Below, piece after piece: positions 9,070 to 20,000 of a stretch of 64,000 nucleotides of DNA. The DNA comes from Planctomycetota bacterium (GTDB lineage: Bacteria > Planctomycetota > Phycisphaerae > Phycisphaerales > UBA5793), in NCBI GenBank assembly GCA_013112555.1, contig JABFGK010000001.1, forward strand, positions 2,729,574-2,793,573, written 5' to 3'. The position numbers and the translations under genes are program-made. The notes beneath the pieces are model-generated. The model was given only the letters and a program-made list of their open reading frames with translations. It did no database searches and was not told the origin of the DNA. Each line of letters begins with the position of its first letter. Within the stretch, counting starts at the first letter, position 1.

Positions 9070-11118
9070 CTAGTTTCCACCGCCGTTGGGCAGCGGTGGC
9101 TCGACATACACGCGGTAGTAATCGACACAGTCCGGCCAGTAGCAGTTGATGATGTACTCCGGGGCATCGGTCGCTGCGCCCCCGCAATGACAGTAGTTGC
9201 ACACGCCATTTGCAGCAGGCCCGCTGTTGGATCGCATGATGCCTCCGTGGCTGTCCGGCCCGAGGACGAGGCCGGCCGATGTCATGATGATCGGATCCGC
9301 ACACCCGCCCTGGAAGGGATCATGTCGATCGTACCGCACATACGAGAAGTTCAACGCCGGCTCCATACCGATCAAGCGACCATCGCGGATCATCGCTGCC
9401 GAGGTGCTGCCGTGGACGTTGTGACAGGCCACACAGGTCCCATAGGAATCGACGGCCCCGTCGCGATCAGAGTCATATTGATACGGCTTGGCAACGAGAT
9501 GGCGATAGTGAGCATTGAAGTCTTTGGCACCGCCGGTCGAGAAGGGTGCGATGTCAGTGTCATGTCCGTCGGGAATGATGACGCTCGCATCGCTCCTGAA
9601 GTTGGTGGCAAAGCCGTCAGCGTAATAGGGGCCTGACGGGGCGGTCGGCCCACCGATCAGTGCAAAGCGGTCATGGCAACTGAAGCACAGTTCCCAATAG
9701 GCCGGGCTCGTGTACGGGTCATCCCAGTCAAACGGGACGCGCGGCACGACGAGCGGGTCGTCGCCGTTCACACTCTTGAGCCGGAATCCTGCCTGGTAGT
9801 TGTCCGCCGCTGCGATGTATGTCTGTGGGACTTCGTCGGTGTGCACGACCGAGGAGTCATGACAGTGCGTGCAGAAAACGGTCCCGGTTCGGCCGTGGCC
9901 GTTGGCAAAGAATCCCCAGATCGCATCATCGCCGGCCACCGGAGGGGCCAGCACACCATTGACCTGCGCGGTCCCCTCGTCGTGGCATCCGGCACACCAG
10001 GTCTCGAGCCCGGGCGTCAGATCCCCCTGCTCGTCATAGACCCCGGCAATCCAATGGAGTCTGGCACCGGTGACTTCGTCATTGACGCCGTCAATCGGGC
10101 CGTCGGCACCGTGGCAGGTATCGCACACATCAGTCTCGCTCAGGTCGATGTCACCGTCGCCGTTGACGTCGCTCCCGGTGGCAAAACTCGCCTGCCCGTT
10201 CATGTGTGAGCCGTCGCCGCCGGGCATCGCGTGACACGTGTTGCATGCACTGATGCCCGGGCCATGATCGGCCGTCATGTGCATGGCATGGGAGCCGGCC
10301 GTGTTGGGAAATGCCTCGCCGTCCGGGGGCTGGCCATGGCAGGAATCACACTCGCCGCCGACCGGCGCAAAGCCGGCATCATGCGGGTGACAGAGCGTAC
10401 ACGTCGTCCCGGTGTAGTGATCCAGGTCCGGCCCATCATTGCGATGATGTGACGTCTGCGTGTGGCAGACTTCGCACGGCCCGTCGTAATAGTCGTTCCC
10501 GTCCTCGTCACTGTCTGCCAGTGAGTGGAGCGTCGGCTCGCCGTAGGTAGGACCACGACTCTCATAGGTGACCCAGCGCTGCCCGCTATTGGGGGTGTTG
10601 ATGAACGCAATCCAGGGCCAGTTGTCCTCGACGTAGAGTCCGACGAGTTTGAGGTTGTCACCGCCCAGCCAGTTTTCGAGATCGCTGTGGGGATTGTGGC
10701 AATCGATACAGGTGTGCCGAAATGGATCGTGATTGCTGCCTTCCCGATTCGTGTGCACGGCAGCCTTGTAAATCGACTGCCCGTTTTCACCATGGCATCG
10801 GAGGCACAGCCACTCGTGATCCGGGTCGGGACTCACCTCCGGGATCTTCTCATGCACATAATGGCAGTATTCACATTCATGCGATGGATTGAAGTTCGGG
10901 TACACCGTGCCCCGATGGGCCGGCCGAATTGCCAGCGCGTTCCGCGGCCGGCCCGATAGACCGCTGCGCCCGATTTCCTGCCCATCGGCTGACGTCGGTG
11001 CGGCCCAAGCCAGTAGCACTGCGAGTACTGCGATTAAAACGATAGCACCAGCCTCAGAAAATGAGGCAATAGACACATCGCGCGCGCGATCCATGACAAA
11101 CCCTCTCTCTTCCCACAA
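9070..11118 (-). CDS. Multiheme c-type cytochrome (about 13 CXXCH sites; paired-CXXCH type), membrane-anchored or secreted
   Basis: N-terminal hydrophobic segment (AIVLIAVLAVLLAWAAPTSA). CXXCH motifs include CEYCH, CLRCH, CIDCH, CEVCH, CTLCH, CDSCH, CNTCH, CDTCH, CAGCH, CTHCH, CFSCH, CVACH and CNYCH. The N-terminal ~80 residues align closely with the paralog at 44732-46687 (HECxxCHxVH...LCLxCHG...CxxCHxPHxxLENWLGG). Confidence 0.85.
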   Translation of the reverse strand: MWEERGFVMDRARDVSIASFSEAGAIVLIAVLAVLLAWAAPTSADGQEIGRSGLSGRPRNALAIRPAHRGTVYPNFNPSHECEYCHYVHEKIPEVSPDPDHEWLCLRCHGENGQSIYKAAVHTNREGSNHDPFRHTCIDCHNPHSDLENWLGGDNLKLVGLYVEDNWPWIAFINTPNSGQRWVTYESRGPTYGEPTLHSLADSDEDGNDYYDGPCEVCHTQTSHHRNDGPDLDHYTGTTCTLCHPHDAGFAPVGGECDSCHGQPPDGEAFPNTAGSHAMHMTADHGPGISACNTCHAMPGGDGSHMNGQASFATGSDVNGDGDIDLSETDVCDTCHGADGPIDGVNDEVTGARLHWIAGVYDEQGDLTPGLETWCAGCHDEGTAQVNGVLAPPVAGDDAIWGFFANGHGRTGTVFCTHCHDSSVVHTDEVPQTYIAAADNYQAGFRLKSVNGDDPLVVPRVPFDWDDPYTSPAYWELCFSCHDRFALIGGPTAPSGPYYADGFATNFRSDASVIIPDGHDTDIAPFSTGGAKDFNAHYRHLVAKPYQYDSDRDGAVDSYGTCVACHNVHGSTSAAMIRDGRLIGMEPALNFSYVRYDRHDPFQGGCADPIIMTSAGLVLGPDSHGGIMRSNSGPAANGVCNYCHCGGAATDAPEYIINCYWPDCVDYYRVYVEPPLPNGGGN

Positions 11119-11448
11119 GAGAACCCACTACAACCCACTTGCAGGCGACACCCAACGGTTCAGTTCATTCACACAGGGGAGTATACATAATTTGAGGATC
11201 AGCCGATCCGATTCATAGGGTGTCGAGCGGAAACTCAGGCCTGATCCGTGGGGAAGATGGCTCACGAACCTTGAAGTAGAAATGGGAACGGGGCGAGCCG
11301 GTCAGATCAGCACTGATCACCAGTGCCATCAGACCCAGCCCGCCCGTCGTTCTCGTGTCAGGATGATGCGCCAGCATCATGCCATGCCTCGTGCCGTGCC
11401 CCCCCTCTCGGGGGCTTCGGCGCCTCACGCAGCGAGCAAATGGCCGGC

Positions 11449-12141
11449 TCAGGTGCCCTGATGGAGTTCGATCTCACCGGCATACCCGTGGCAAATCTCC
11501 TGGATCCGGGCACGCATCCTGGACACTTCCGCTTCGAGACGTTCGGGAGAGTAGCTCAGCGGTGCATAGACAAACAGCCCGGTGGTCGTCGTCTGCTCCG
11601 TCACTGCGGTTCTGAGAGAGTCGGTGATCGGGGTGCCGAACGGGCCGTCGGCGTCGGCCAGCAGGTAGCGACCGTGGAGGTTGATCTCGCTGTCTCCGAT
11701 GGCACGGTACGTCTCACCGGCCATGCCCTGTCGCAGTTCAATCGGGCCGGGCGCGAGGCAATCGAAGTCGTAGATACCAATGGGCAAGAGGATATCGAGT
11801 GAGAACCAGTTCCCGATGTCAACGAGCGTATTGATGCTGGGAAGCGGCTTTTTCTTCAAAACGCGGTTGAGCAACTTCTCAGATGAGGGCCGATGCTTGG
11901 TCGGGTCGATCCCGAGTTGGCGGAACAACTCACGTGAGGTCTGCACGCCCTCGACCGACCCAGGCGATGTGACTCCCCGGTCGACATACTGCTCGACATA
12001 GCGGGCGGCACTTTCCTGAATGAGCCGGTAGCCCGCATCGGAATCCGATCGCACGGTAATGCCGGGGACGACCAGGGTGGCCATGCGGATCGGCAGCGTG
12101 ACCTTGAGGTTGATGGTTGGGATCTGTTCGTCTGCTGACAT
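11449..12141 (-). CDS. Stand-alone B3/4 domain protein (PheT B3/B4-like, tRNA-binding/editing fold)
   Basis: The ~230-aa product contains INTLVDIGNWFSLDILLPIGIYDFD, characteristic of the B3_4 domain. The likely start is the ATG at 12141 (MSADEQIPTINLK); the ORF track extends to 12180. Confidence 0.65.
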   Translation of the reverse strand: MSADEQIPTINLKVTLPIRMATLVVPGITVRSDSDAGYRLIQESAARYVEQYVDRGVTSPGSVEGVQTSRELFRQLGIDPTKHRPSSEKLLNRVLKKKPLPSINTLVDIGNWFSLDILLPIGIYDFDCLAPGPIELRQGMAGETYRAIGDSEINLHGRYLLADADGPFGTPITDSLRTAVTEQTTTTGLFVYAPLSYSPERLEAEVSRMRARIQEICHGYAGEIELHQGT

Positions 12142-12612
12142 GGGATCGGGCTCCGATTCTGCCGGGTGATCACGCGGCACTGTTTGCCTGATGGTAGGGT
12201 GCCGGGCAGCCGGGAGGGGAAACGCGTTAATTCGGAGAAATGCTGCAGAATCGTCGAGTTAGGGGGATCGCGCATCGGCCCCGCCGGTTATACTGAGCGT
12301 TGAGTACCGGGTGGCCGTGGCCCGGGGTGAATGTTGTACAGGCACCCCGAAAACCGGGCCAACGCTTGAGATGACGTGTCCGGCCGTGTGTCGTGGGTGA
12401 CAGGCAGCCGCTGGCACGTGTTCGTGGTGAAAGGAGACGATCCGAAAATCCAGTAATGGATTGGGATGCTGCGATCTGGTTTCAGATGGCTGTTGTTGCC
12501 ATGCTGACCTGGGCAGCCGGGCTGCGTGCTGAGACTCACATAGACAGAAGAGAGACAGACAGGCAGGCCCGCGGATCACCTTACGCACTCACCACGACAG
12601 GTAGGGATATCG

Positions 12613-13392
12613 ATGACCAGACACGAAGAACAGGAGTTGATCGTCCGAGCCAAGGCAGGTGATTCGGTCGCGATATCCGACTTGATCAAAGCGCATCAGG
12701 ACTCGTTGTATGCATTCATGCTCCGGCTGACAGGCCGACCCGAAGTGGCTGAGGATGTGGTGCAGGAGGCCTTTGTCCGAGTGCTGAAGAACCTGGACCG
12801 GTTCGACCCGAAGTACCGTTTCTCCACGTGGTTGTTCACGATCGCCAAACGGTTGAACGTGAACTGGTCGCAGAAGTTTCATCCCGTCTCCGAGACGGAC
12901 TATGTCCAGAGTTGCCAGGGGCCGGGGCGCTCCCCGCTGGCTCAGGCAGCCAGTAGCGAGGCTCGTCGCCAGGTCATCACCATGTTGGACCGAGCCTTGT
13001 CAGGATTGGGCAAGATCCAGCGAGAGATCATCCTGCTGTTCCATCAGCAGGACTGGTCGATCAGTGAGATAGCCGAGTATCTCGACATGCCCGAGGGGAC
13101 GATCAAGAGCCATCTTCATCGAGCCCGGCGCAAGATGCGACATGCGATGGAGGAACAGGCGCGGGCCCAACGAACCGCGCGACTCGGGTTCCACGTTGAC
13201 AAGAACAAGAAAAAGGACGTGCTGCCAGCGGGCACCTCATCATGTGATATCGCTGTTTCCAGCGTGCAGGATTCCACTGTGGAGAACGCAACCTCATCAA
13301 CGGCCGAGCCCAACGACGACGACGATGTTGACGGTGCCGGCGGGGGTCGTTCACGACTTGAGAGTATTCTGGCTGATGCCTGGCCGATCTGA
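12613..13392 (+). CDS. ECF-type RNA polymerase sigma-70 factor with a C-terminal extension
   Basis: Sigma-70 region 2 is present (DLIKAHQDSLYAFMLRLTGRPEVAEDVVQEAFVRVLKNLDRFDP...FSTWLFTIAKR). Region 4 is present (REIILLFHQQDWSISEIAEYLDMPEGTIKSHLHRARRKMR). About 70 extra C-terminal residues. Confidence 0.85.
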   Translation: MTRHEEQELIVRAKAGDSVAISDLIKAHQDSLYAFMLRLTGRPEVAEDVVQEAFVRVLKNLDRFDPKYRFSTWLFTIAKRLNVNWSQKFHPVSETDYVQSCQGPGRSPLAQAASSEARRQVITMLDRALSGLGKIQREIILLFHQQDWSISEIAEYLDMPEGTIKSHLHRARRKMRHAMEEQARAQRTARLGFHVDKNKKKDVLPAGTSSCDIAVSSVQDSTVENATSSTAEPNDDDDVDGAGGGRSRLESILADAWPI

Positions 13393-13429
13393 ACGACAAT
13401 CTGATCACGCGCACCCGGGCCGATCCGAA

Positions 13430-14575
13430 ATGCGACGACGCATCGAACTGTACTTCGATGGGGAGTTGTCACTTGAGCAGGAAATGGGCCTGTTCCGCGA
13501 GTTGGAGAAGAACCCGCGATGGCTGGGTGAACTGGCATCGGCACAGACGGTGCTTGATGAACTGAGCGAGCGCGTCTCAGCCCCACAGGACCTGCAGGAC
13601 CGGGTCATGACGCGCCTGGGCGTCCGTGCCGGCGGTGCAGCAGGGGCCGGCTCCCAGCGCCGGTCCGGCTATTCGCGCCGGGTGAAGTGGATGACACGCT
13701 CATCGGCACTCGCGGCAGCGGTTTTGATCGCGGTCGGTGCCGGTGCCTGGATTCGCGGTCATGTGCGGACCGACTCGATGCCTGACATCGTCAAGGCCCG
13801 GCTCGACACACCCGCTTCATCCCTCGGTACGATCGTCGATACAGCCGGAAACGAGATTGCCCAGCGCCCCGGGTTTACCCGGGCCGTGTCCGAAGTCGTT
13901 TTGTTCCTGGCACCTGACGATGCAGAGAATGACGGTTCGATCGCCACGGGCGCAACCGGGCGCCTTGCCAGCAACGGCACCGGGATTCCAGTGCGGGTGG
14001 CCGTCGTTGGCTGGTGGCCTGACGACCAGAATAACTCAGACGCCGGCACTCCCATCGTGCCGAGCGCAGCTTCCAACGATCACGGTGGGGGCATCGTCTG
14101 GGCCGTTGAGATGACGCCGGGACGGGCCGCGGACTTCCTCGACGCCAGCCCGGCATCAACCCATGTTATCGGCCCCTATCCAGGCATCAGACACCCAGGA
14201 CAGCCACAGCCGTCGGGGGCCTCGCTGCGCGGCACCATCGTGTTTGAGTCGATGCCTGATACAGTCAGACAATCCAATTCGGATTCGGCGGAGATTCAAT
14301 GGGTTTCGTACGACTCGGAACTGTGGCAGAATCTTGACGAGGCCACGATCGGACTCCTGTGGGGTTCAGGGGCCTGGACCGTCCTGGATCAGCCGATGAT
14401 CCCGCAGCAGCAGGTTCATGCTGATACAAGTCGCCCGTGGCCTGATTCGGACCTGCGTTGGGATCCTCAGGGTCTGTCACTGCCCCTGCAGCAGGCCCGC
14501 CCCCCGCTTCCGTCGGCGGCCTATCCCGATTTCGGTGCGACACGCAAGCAGTTTGATCAATCATCCCGCCGATAG
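13430..14575 (+). CDS. Anti-sigma factor (single-pass membrane protein) cognate to the upstream ECF sigma
   Basis: Starts 38 nt after the sigma-factor stop. The N-terminus MRRRIELYFDGELSLEQEMGLFRELEKNPRWLGELASAQTVLDEL resembles an anti-sigma N-terminal domain. A single TM helix follows (SALAAAVLIAVGAGAWI), then a ~270-aa extracytoplasmic domain. The longer ORF starting at 13142 overlaps the sigma gene and is probably not translated. Confidence 0.7.
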   Translation: MRRRIELYFDGELSLEQEMGLFRELEKNPRWLGELASAQTVLDELSERVSAPQDLQDRVMTRLGVRAGGAAGAGSQRRSGYSRRVKWMTRSSALAAAVLIAVGAGAWIRGHVRTDSMPDIVKARLDTPASSLGTIVDTAGNEIAQRPGFTRAVSEVVLFLAPDDAENDGSIATGATGRLASNGTGIPVRVAVVGWWPDDQNNSDAGTPIVPSAASNDHGGGIVWAVEMTPGRAADFLDASPASTHVIGPYPGIRHPGQPQPSGASLRGTIVFESMPDTVRQSNSDSAEIQWVSYDSELWQNLDEATIGLLWGSGAWTVLDQPMIPQQQVHADTSRPWPDSDLRWDPQGLSLPLQQARPPLPSAAYPDFGATRKQFDQSSRR

Positions 14576-14784
14576 TGCTCCGGCGTCGCACACCTCATCT
14601 TTTTCGAATATGCTCGTATTGCCGGGTAGACCAATCAGTGCCTGCCGGTATCACATTGCAGAACAACCACATCGGCGCGGTTCGCTTTTGGCCGGCAGCG
14701 AAACCATGTGCAACCGCTGTTGCCGAGGGTCGTATCGGATTGTCAGGCCTGCACTGATATCTGCCGGATAACTGCCACGCGAGC

Positions 14785-16875
14785 GTGGCTCGATTGAACG
14801 CAGCATTCGGTGGGATCAGCGAGAGGCGAATGAACGAAACGGGTTACTATCAGGGGGACGGAGCCGGAATCCGGATGGCTTGGACTCGAGCGTGGTTTTG
14901 TGTTCGTCAATGGGATGGGGTGACGTCTGCTGCGCGCCCTGGGGCTCGGTGTGCCGGCAATCGCCTGCCTGTCCTCCTTCTGTGCCTGACTGCATTATTC
15001 TGCCTAAGTGCCCGCTCACTTGGTGCTGCTCACACACTTACTGACGATCCGTTTCAGAATGCCCAACTCGTTCCCGATGATGTCCGCGTATTCGTCAGCG
15101 TCGTCAACGGGAGCGCACTGCTCAACCGCCTGAGCACGACCCCAATGGCTCAGGGGCTCTATGAGGTCTTTGAGCGGAGCAACACCGGGAAGGCGTGGCA
15201 AAAACTTTCGCACAGCGCTCACCGTGACCCCCGCATCCTGTTCGACAAGCTCCTCGGCCGGAAGTTCATCCTGATCATTCCGGATGAAGTGAAGGACCCG
15301 GACATTGAGGTGAGCAACGACGCCCCCGAGGATCCCGAGGCTGATGAGGCAGCCCCCGGACTGTTTGATGAGTGGATTGCCATTGCCGAGGTGGATCATC
15401 GGACGGCCAAGGAGGTTGTGCAGGCGTTTGATGCACGCGTCACCCGGCGTCAGGAGGGCATTTCGATCCTGCAGTCCGAGGATGGCACGCTGCACCTGGC
15501 CTACCGCGACAGCCACCTCTATCTCGGGACCGCAGGGCTGCAGGAACGGTTCGAAGACCTCGTGTACGGCGAACCGGCCGAGACGCTGCTGGATGCGCCT
15601 GACTTCCAGCAGGCTCGCTGCTGTCAGGACGGGCAGATCGGGGTGTTCATTCGCAGTACCCATCAACGTCGGGCATCGCGCCAGACCGATGCGGCCGGCA
15701 GTCAGGCTCGCTCGGCATGGTTGTCGCTCTCGGTCAGGCTGGATGCTGACAGTGCCCTGATCACCTGGAGGAGCCCCGCCAGGCCGTCACGGCAGTCAGC
15801 CGACCCACCCACTGATCGTGAAGACACGTCACAGACGGCGCTCGATGATGAGGCAAAGGCACTTGAGGCAGGGGAACAGATGGTCTGGCGTGTTCTGGAT
15901 GGGTTGACCCATCGTCCGGACGTGTTGTATGCCAGTGTCATGGATACAAGTCAGAAGCGCTATCGGCCTTCCTCGACCAGCCCGGGCACGACGCTGAGTT
16001 GGCTCCTGCGTCGGGCTGAGCGCTCGGCCGGCGATACGGTGACCACCCCGGTCGCTTTTGTCGCAATCACGTCAGACGCGGCTGCTCGCCGAAGGTGGGG
16101 CCAGGATCAGCCCAAAGACACGAAGCCGGATGGGCCTGAGCCGGCAATCTTTCATGCGGGGCTCGTGGTGGATGACGTCTACACCGCCAGTGCAGGGCTT
16201 GACGAGTATGTCCTGTCCATCATGCGGAAGATGGAATCGTCGTGGACGGCACAGCACCCCGATCGGCAGGGGATTGCCGTCCCGGATGTCAGCGTCTTGG
16301 AACCGCATGAGGAACGGCACGTCGACCTGTCGCCGCGCACGCGGGCAATAGAGGGCTGGCCCGGGGCTGATTCTCTGAGTCTGTTCTGGAGAGCCCGACG
16401 GGTTGACCCGTCATCGCCGGCCGGCTTATGGGTGTGCAGCACCGGCAGCAAGGCTCAATCGACTTTGCTCGACCGACTGTCGTGCGTGCTCCTGCGGCGT
16501 CAAGGCGACACCGGCGACCATGATGCAAATCAGGACGACAATGAGCGCGATTCGTGGAATCGTCGCATCTGGGAGGATGCCCCATCTCTGTGTGACACCG
16601 CCGTACTCACCGGTGCCGGCATGATTCGAACTGGGAGTCTGTCACGCTTGCTCTCCACATGGGAGTCGATCAACTCGGCGACGGAGCATCCGGTGTACAA
16701 GGAGTTGTACGACTACCGTCTGATCCTGGCAGGGATGAACCGGGCCTACTGGCGTTCGCTGCTGGTTACGACACCGCCGCTGCCGGATTCATTCGGGGCC
16801 GAGCAGCTGCCGGCGATGCAAACGGAGGTCCGGATCACGTGGTCTGCTTCAGGGCAGCCGCGCTCGGGCCGGTGA
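14785..16875 (+). CDS. Hypothetical membrane-anchored protein (696 aa)
   Basis: Long ORF with one N-terminal hydrophobic segment (LPVLLLCLTALFCLSARSLGA) and no recognisable catalytic motifs. The start is uncertain (candidate internal ATGs exist). It lies between the sigma/anti-sigma pair and the giant cytochrome, same strand. Confidence 0.45.
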   Translation: MARLNAAFGGISERRMNETGYYQGDGAGIRMAWTRAWFCVRQWDGVTSAARPGARCAGNRLPVLLLCLTALFCLSARSLGAAHTLTDDPFQNAQLVPDDVRVFVSVVNGSALLNRLSTTPMAQGLYEVFERSNTGKAWQKLSHSAHRDPRILFDKLLGRKFILIIPDEVKDPDIEVSNDAPEDPEADEAAPGLFDEWIAIAEVDHRTAKEVVQAFDARVTRRQEGISILQSEDGTLHLAYRDSHLYLGTAGLQERFEDLVYGEPAETLLDAPDFQQARCCQDGQIGVFIRSTHQRRASRQTDAAGSQARSAWLSLSVRLDADSALITWRSPARPSRQSADPPTDREDTSQTALDDEAKALEAGEQMVWRVLDGLTHRPDVLYASVMDTSQKRYRPSSTSPGTTLSWLLRRAERSAGDTVTTPVAFVAITSDAAARRRWGQDQPKDTKPDGPEPAIFHAGLVVDDVYTASAGLDEYVLSIMRKMESSWTAQHPDRQGIAVPDVSVLEPHEERHVDLSPRTRAIEGWPGADSLSLFWRARRVDPSSPAGLWVCSTGSKAQSTLLDRLSCVLLRRQGDTGDHDANQDDNERDSWNRRIWEDAPSLCDTAVLTGAGMIRTGSLSRLLSTWESINSATEHPVYKELYDYRLILAGMNRAYWRSLLVTTPPLPDSFGAEQLPAMQTEVRITWSASGQPRSGR

Positions 16876-17083
16876 GCCGTGTGGTGAACCCGGATAAAGG
16901 TCCTTCTTTTGCTCAATTGAAGCAGGTTCTGCAATGCCATCCGAGCATTGCCAGATATACTTCGCCACCCATGGTCGCAGACGTTGAGATCGCCTGCCGG
17001 CGTGTCCATTGGCCGGATGCGCCCGTTCTCCAGGCGAGGGAATGACGTCAGCCAATTCCAGACAGCAACCGAGGTGTTTCCGA

Positions 17084-20000
17084 ATGCCGGTCACAACCAA
17101 AACGTTTTACAACATGCCGCGAATGCACGTGGCATTTGCCATTTCAGCCGTGGTCCTTGCGCTCTCGACAGTGCTGGCCGTCTTTGACGACTGGCATACC
17201 GAATATCGGCGCCCGCAACTCGAGGCCCGTGTATGGGAGGCAGCCTTCAGCAATGCCGGGTACCAGTTGGCATTGGCTCATGCCACCCAGGCGGACCTGG
17301 ACGAGGCACTCGCTCAGGTGGCAGAGACGACGCAGCGCATTCGATCGAGCCAGGAGTATATCGCGCTGGCGGATGAACTGGCCGACATCACTAAGAGGCA
17401 TGGGCTGCTGGCTCAGGAACTTGGGCTGTTTACCACCGGCAACATCGCTCCCGTCGATCAGCGAATCGAGAAGTATCGCATTCGCGTCGAGTCCGGCATG
17501 GCGACCAACAGCGATCGGCAACGACTCGCCGCGCTCGAAGCGGAGTTGGCCGGCTACATCGAAACGAAGCGGGTCGGCGAGAACGAGTTGAAGCAGATGG
17601 AGATCCGGATCGAGCAGATCAAGGAGCAGATCCGGGTGCTGGAGGAGCCCATCGAGGCGCTGAAACAGCGCACGGCCGAGATTGAAAGCGACCTGGAAAA
17701 GACCGAAGCCCGGCGGCAGGAACTGAATCCCGGGCTCGTCGGGCAGGTCGGCCAGTTTGTACGCGACATGCCCCTGGCTGATTGGGCCAACCCGAGTATC
17801 AAGCCGCGCCAGCAACTCGTGGATAATGTGCTCACGGACGTCAATCTCGCGCAGGTGAACACACTCGATCGGTGCATGAGTTGCCATTACAACATCGACA
17901 AGGATGCCTTCACGTTCGAGAACACGATCACGTTCCTCGAGCGCCAGGTGGCCAATGACCGGGGCCAGCAGGTCCTGCAGATGGGCTCGGTCCAGCCGGT
18001 CGTCATGGTCGACTTCTGGGAACGGGCCATCGAGTCGGTGAATGAATCGATTTACGTTCGAAACAACGCCCCGGTATCCACCATGGAACAGGCTCGGGAA
18101 ACCGCAAGGGACGACTACAACAGTCTGCTGCGCAAGGCGGACCCGGCCCATCCGATTCGCACGGCCTTTGGCGAGCATGTCACCGCCGGCGGGCGCGAGG
18201 TGGCCGAGGGCACGTATCCACGGGTCGAGAGCACTGACGATCTGCACGTCGTCTTCGGGCTTGTCCAGACCGTTCGTGCCGACGACTGGGCCGTGTGGTA
18301 TCGACCGCTGACGGACTATACCGACGTCTTGAAGGAAACACTGACAGCGACACTCGACAAGAAGGACCGGCGCGCGCTGGACGATTCCTATCGCCACATG
18401 CTGATCGCGGCCTACAACCGGGACCCGCATGAGCGCGGCCGCAAGCGACTCAGCACCTCGCGCGAGTTGCTGGCCCATCCCGACCTGGGCCGGTATGCCC
18501 ACCCGGACTCGACACACCCGATTGTGCAGATGGGATGCACCAGTTGTCACGGCGGCTCGGGCGAAGAGACACAGTTCGTGCATACGGCCCATGTGCCGTC
18601 GGACATCTGGGTTGATGACGACAGCGGCATGCTCGTGCCTGAGTTCCTCGTGAAGCGGACCGGTGAGCGCACCGACATCAGCCGGTTTATCCGTTCGCAG
18701 AACCAACAGCATGACGATGCACTGCAGGCCGGGGCGACCGCTGGGCCCGCCATTGTGAACGTCTCATTGCAGCAGCACGATGATGGGGCAGCCGATGATG
18801 CACCGACGGCAGCGGCCCACGGTGAGGCTGCCGGGCACGGCGATTCGACGACCACCATCCATGCTGATCATCTCTATGCCGATTCGGCGATCGTCAAGGA
18901 CCCGATCGGCCCCTACGAACCGATACACGGCGATACGGCTGCGTACCTGGACCCGGCTTCCGGTCAGTACCGGCGTGCCGTCAAGCAGAAGCAGCAGTGG
19001 GAACAGGACTACGGCTGGCACGAGGTGGCGCATCACATCTGGGAATTCCCGATGCACGAACTGCGCTTCATCGAGTCTTCGTGCACACGGTGCCACGAGC
19101 AGATACTCGACATCGAGCAACATGCACCGGTCCTGTCGCGCGGTCGGCTGTTGTTCACGGAGAACGGGTGTATTGACTGTCACCCGGCGGACCAGCTCGG
19201 CAGCCCGCTGCGTACCGAGCCGGGACAACCGGACGTCGTGCAGGTCGGGCCGAATCTGTCCCATGTCAATCAGAAACTTGATGAGGACATGATCGCCTCA
19301 TGGGTGCTGGCCCCCAAGGCCTTCCGACCGAACACACGCATGCCGCACATCTGGTTGTCTGAAAACGGCTCATCGCCGATCGACATCCGTCGTTCGCGTA
19401 CGGAAGTCGGCGCGATCGCGCACTATCTGAGTAACGCCCCGTATGACACGAACAAGCCGCCATATGACCCCGAGCCGGTTCCAGCCGATCTGAACGGCAG
19501 CCCGCAGGCCGGTCGCGAACTGTTCAAGACCGTCGGCTGCACGGCGTGCCATGCGAATGTGAATGAGTACGGCCTCGAGTGGGTCACGCTCGACATCATG
19601 GAGCGCTTCGGCCTCGACAAGGACGGCGCCTACGAGCGCATGGCGGAAGATGCCTCAGCACTCGACACGATCGAGTCCATTACCGAGATCCCGGATGACA
19701 ATACCGGCTTCTTCGAACTCGATTCGAGCGGGAATCCCACCACCCGGATCAGGCCCGATCAATACACTCGCCTTCAGTGGTATCTGATGGCCTACGAGCG
19801 CGACCGGTTCACCCGCTTCGGCCCGGAACTGTCTTCGGTCGGGACCAAGTTACTGCACAACCGTACCGAGGAGCAAGCCACTGACTGGCTCTATGACTGG
19901 GTGCGCAATCCATCACACTATTCGTGGTACACACGAATGCCGAACATGCGTCTGTCCGAGCAGGAGGCGATGGACTTGACTTCCTACCTGTTGACGCAGA

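Noticed and set aside
13142-13429. Upstream extension of the anti-sigma ORF overlapping the sigma-factor gene
   Set aside because: It is in a different frame overlapping the conserved sigma region 4. The ATG at 13430 gives a canonical anti-sigma N-terminus right after the sigma stop.
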